Part shown: piece by piece, positions 62,703-64,000 of the stretch | How positions within the stretch are numbered: position 1 is the stretch's first letter | How the letters are laid out: every line of letters begins with the position of its first letter | NCBI GenBank assembly: GCA_965262725.1 | Contig: OZ253555.1 | Coordinates: 608,001-672,000, forward strand | Length of the DNA stretch: 64,000 nucleotides | Reading direction: 5' to 3' | From: Dehalococcoidia bacterium | GTDB taxonomy: Bacteria > Chloroflexota > Dehalococcoidia > UBA2979 | Position numbers and translations under genes: made by a program | Notes under the pieces: generated by a model | Databases searched by the model: none | Seen by the model: only the letters and a program-made list of their open reading frames with translations | Told to the model about the DNA's origin: nothing

Positions 62703-63174
62703 CATGAACCACAGCAGGCACATCGTGGTGCCGAGCGCGACCCCGGCCGCCGGCCGCCGGAGCATCTCTACGTGCCCCCGAACAGGCTGCGGGCGATCGC
62801 GATTCAGGGGATCGATCCTGTCGTCGCGAACGTCACCGTCGATTCCGATCAGGCAGTACTCGCTCTGCGTCGCAGCGTCGTAGACCCAGACCCTGGTGAA
62901 GGCGATGTCGTTGTGGTTCGGGCCCGGCAGGAGACCGTGGTGAGTCTGGCTTGCCCCGCTCGCGGCGCCCGGGACGTCGTGTACGCGTCACCGCCGCCGT
63001 CCTCCGCATGGAGTGATGGACCACGCCTGAGCCACGACCGCACCCGCTTCCGACGGCCGCCCCGATCTGGCCGGGTCGCCGCCCGCCGCCAGAGGTGATC
63101 GCCGCCGTCCGCTCCGTGGGTGCTGCGGGAGCCACGCACGCCATCCATTGGTGATCACGTCCCGCGACGGCCGG

Positions 63175-63320
63175 ACCCCATACGGCTCTTGACCCCAGCA
63201 CGCGACGGCGCCGCCGGCCCTGACGCCGCACGTGAGATCCACTCCGGCGCCGACGGACGTGCATGTCCCGCCGGGCGGCGTGGCCTGGCCGGGGTCATCG
63301 CCGCCCCAGCAGGCGCCGGT
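63175..63320 (-). pseudogene. RCC1-like repeat remnant
   Basis: ACWG...GQATPP...TCGVRAGGAVACWG. Confidence 0.6.
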
Positions 63321-63737
63321 GCCGAGTCGCGCCGCCCATCTCGCGGGCGGTACTCCGCAGCCGGGCGGCACCCGACGCGGCCGCCCGCGCGCGCCCGGCT
63401 TCGCGCGCCCGCCGCCGCGGGCGGGCAGGTAGTGCAGTTCGTCGAGCGCCCGAACGCCTCCGCCTCGAGTGCCTCGCGCTTCCCCGGCTCCCGTGCCCGC
63501 CAGGCCGTGGAGTACTCCGGCCCTGCCGGCCGTTCCCTCCGGCTCGACGCGGCGTCCGTGCGGCCATGGCGCACGGTTCGGCGCTCTGATCCGCCGTCTC
63601 CGGCCGCCAGCGGGAGCCTCGGTCGCGCAGCGTACAGCGGCCTCCCCGCTGCTCACGGCGCCGGCCCTGCTACTCCCGGCACCTGGCCCCGGTGAACCGG
63701 CGGGGTGGTTCGCGATCCGGGCCGCTATGCTCGCCTC

Positions 63738-64000
63738 GTGGATCGTCGACTCCTCGCATGGCTGGCGGCGATACTCGTCCTGCTGGCGCTGTCGTGTCAG
63801 AGCGACCCTCCGCAATCCACCCGGACGACGACCCCGATCCCCGCCACCCCTACGCAGGGCGCGGCCGCGACCACCGTGGCGACCACGGCCTCCACACCCT
63901 CCCCCACAGCGACCGCCGCCCCGATCCCGGCGCGCTCCCCCACGGCGACCGCCGCCCCGACCCCGGCACCCTCGCCGACGGCGACCGCAACCCTCACCTC
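63738..64000 (+). CDS. Lipoprotein N-terminus with Pro/Thr linker (partial)
   Basis: VDRRLLAWLAAILVLLALSC followed by PTATAAP repeats. Confidence 0.7.
   Translation, partial: MDRRLLAWLAAILVLLALSCQSDPPQSTRTTTPIPATPTQGAAATTVATTASTPSPTATAAPIPARSPTATAAPTPAPSPTATATLT

Larger units (their letters stand above)
26586..64000. mobile_element. Mosaic genomic island inserted at selC, running past the window end
   Basis: Starts at the tRNA-Sec 3' fragment; carries integrases, IS elements, defence genes and fragments, and no core genes. Confidence 0.75.

Overview
High-GC bacterial chromosome segment, most consistent with Chloroflexota (Dehalococcoidia-like; this is an inference from gene order and protein style). 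1-26.5 kb is core genome. It holds the end of the ribosomal alpha operon (map-infA-rpmJ-rpsM-rpsK-rpsD-rpoA-rplQ-truA-rplM-rpsI), a phosphohexomutase/nucleotidyltransferase/metK/ahcY/GNAT operon, plsX, a thiol-redox cluster (csoR, trxA, ferredoxin:thioredoxin reductase, trxB), pstS, an intact IS21 and an ABC substrate-binding protein. From 26.5 kb to the window end is a mosaic, heavily decayed defence/mobile island bounded by the duplicated 3' half of tRNA-Sec. It contains a deleted Hhe-like helicase, a DUF262-HNH nuclease, a truncated type I R-M system, IS256, IS110, DarTG, a HEPN candidate, NYN, xis/int modules and satellite-like remnants. Top signals: (1) the FTR catalytic subunit is a hidden selenoprotein (CH-UGA-LLF plus a SECIS hairpin) beside a CsoR-operator-controlled trxA; (2) an IS110 whose bridge-RNA target and donor guides can be read directly against its own junctions (CC core); (3) phased repeat arrays with a shared 11-11-9-11-11 spacing and a duplicated ~225-bp non-coding leader, one copy of which precedes darTG.
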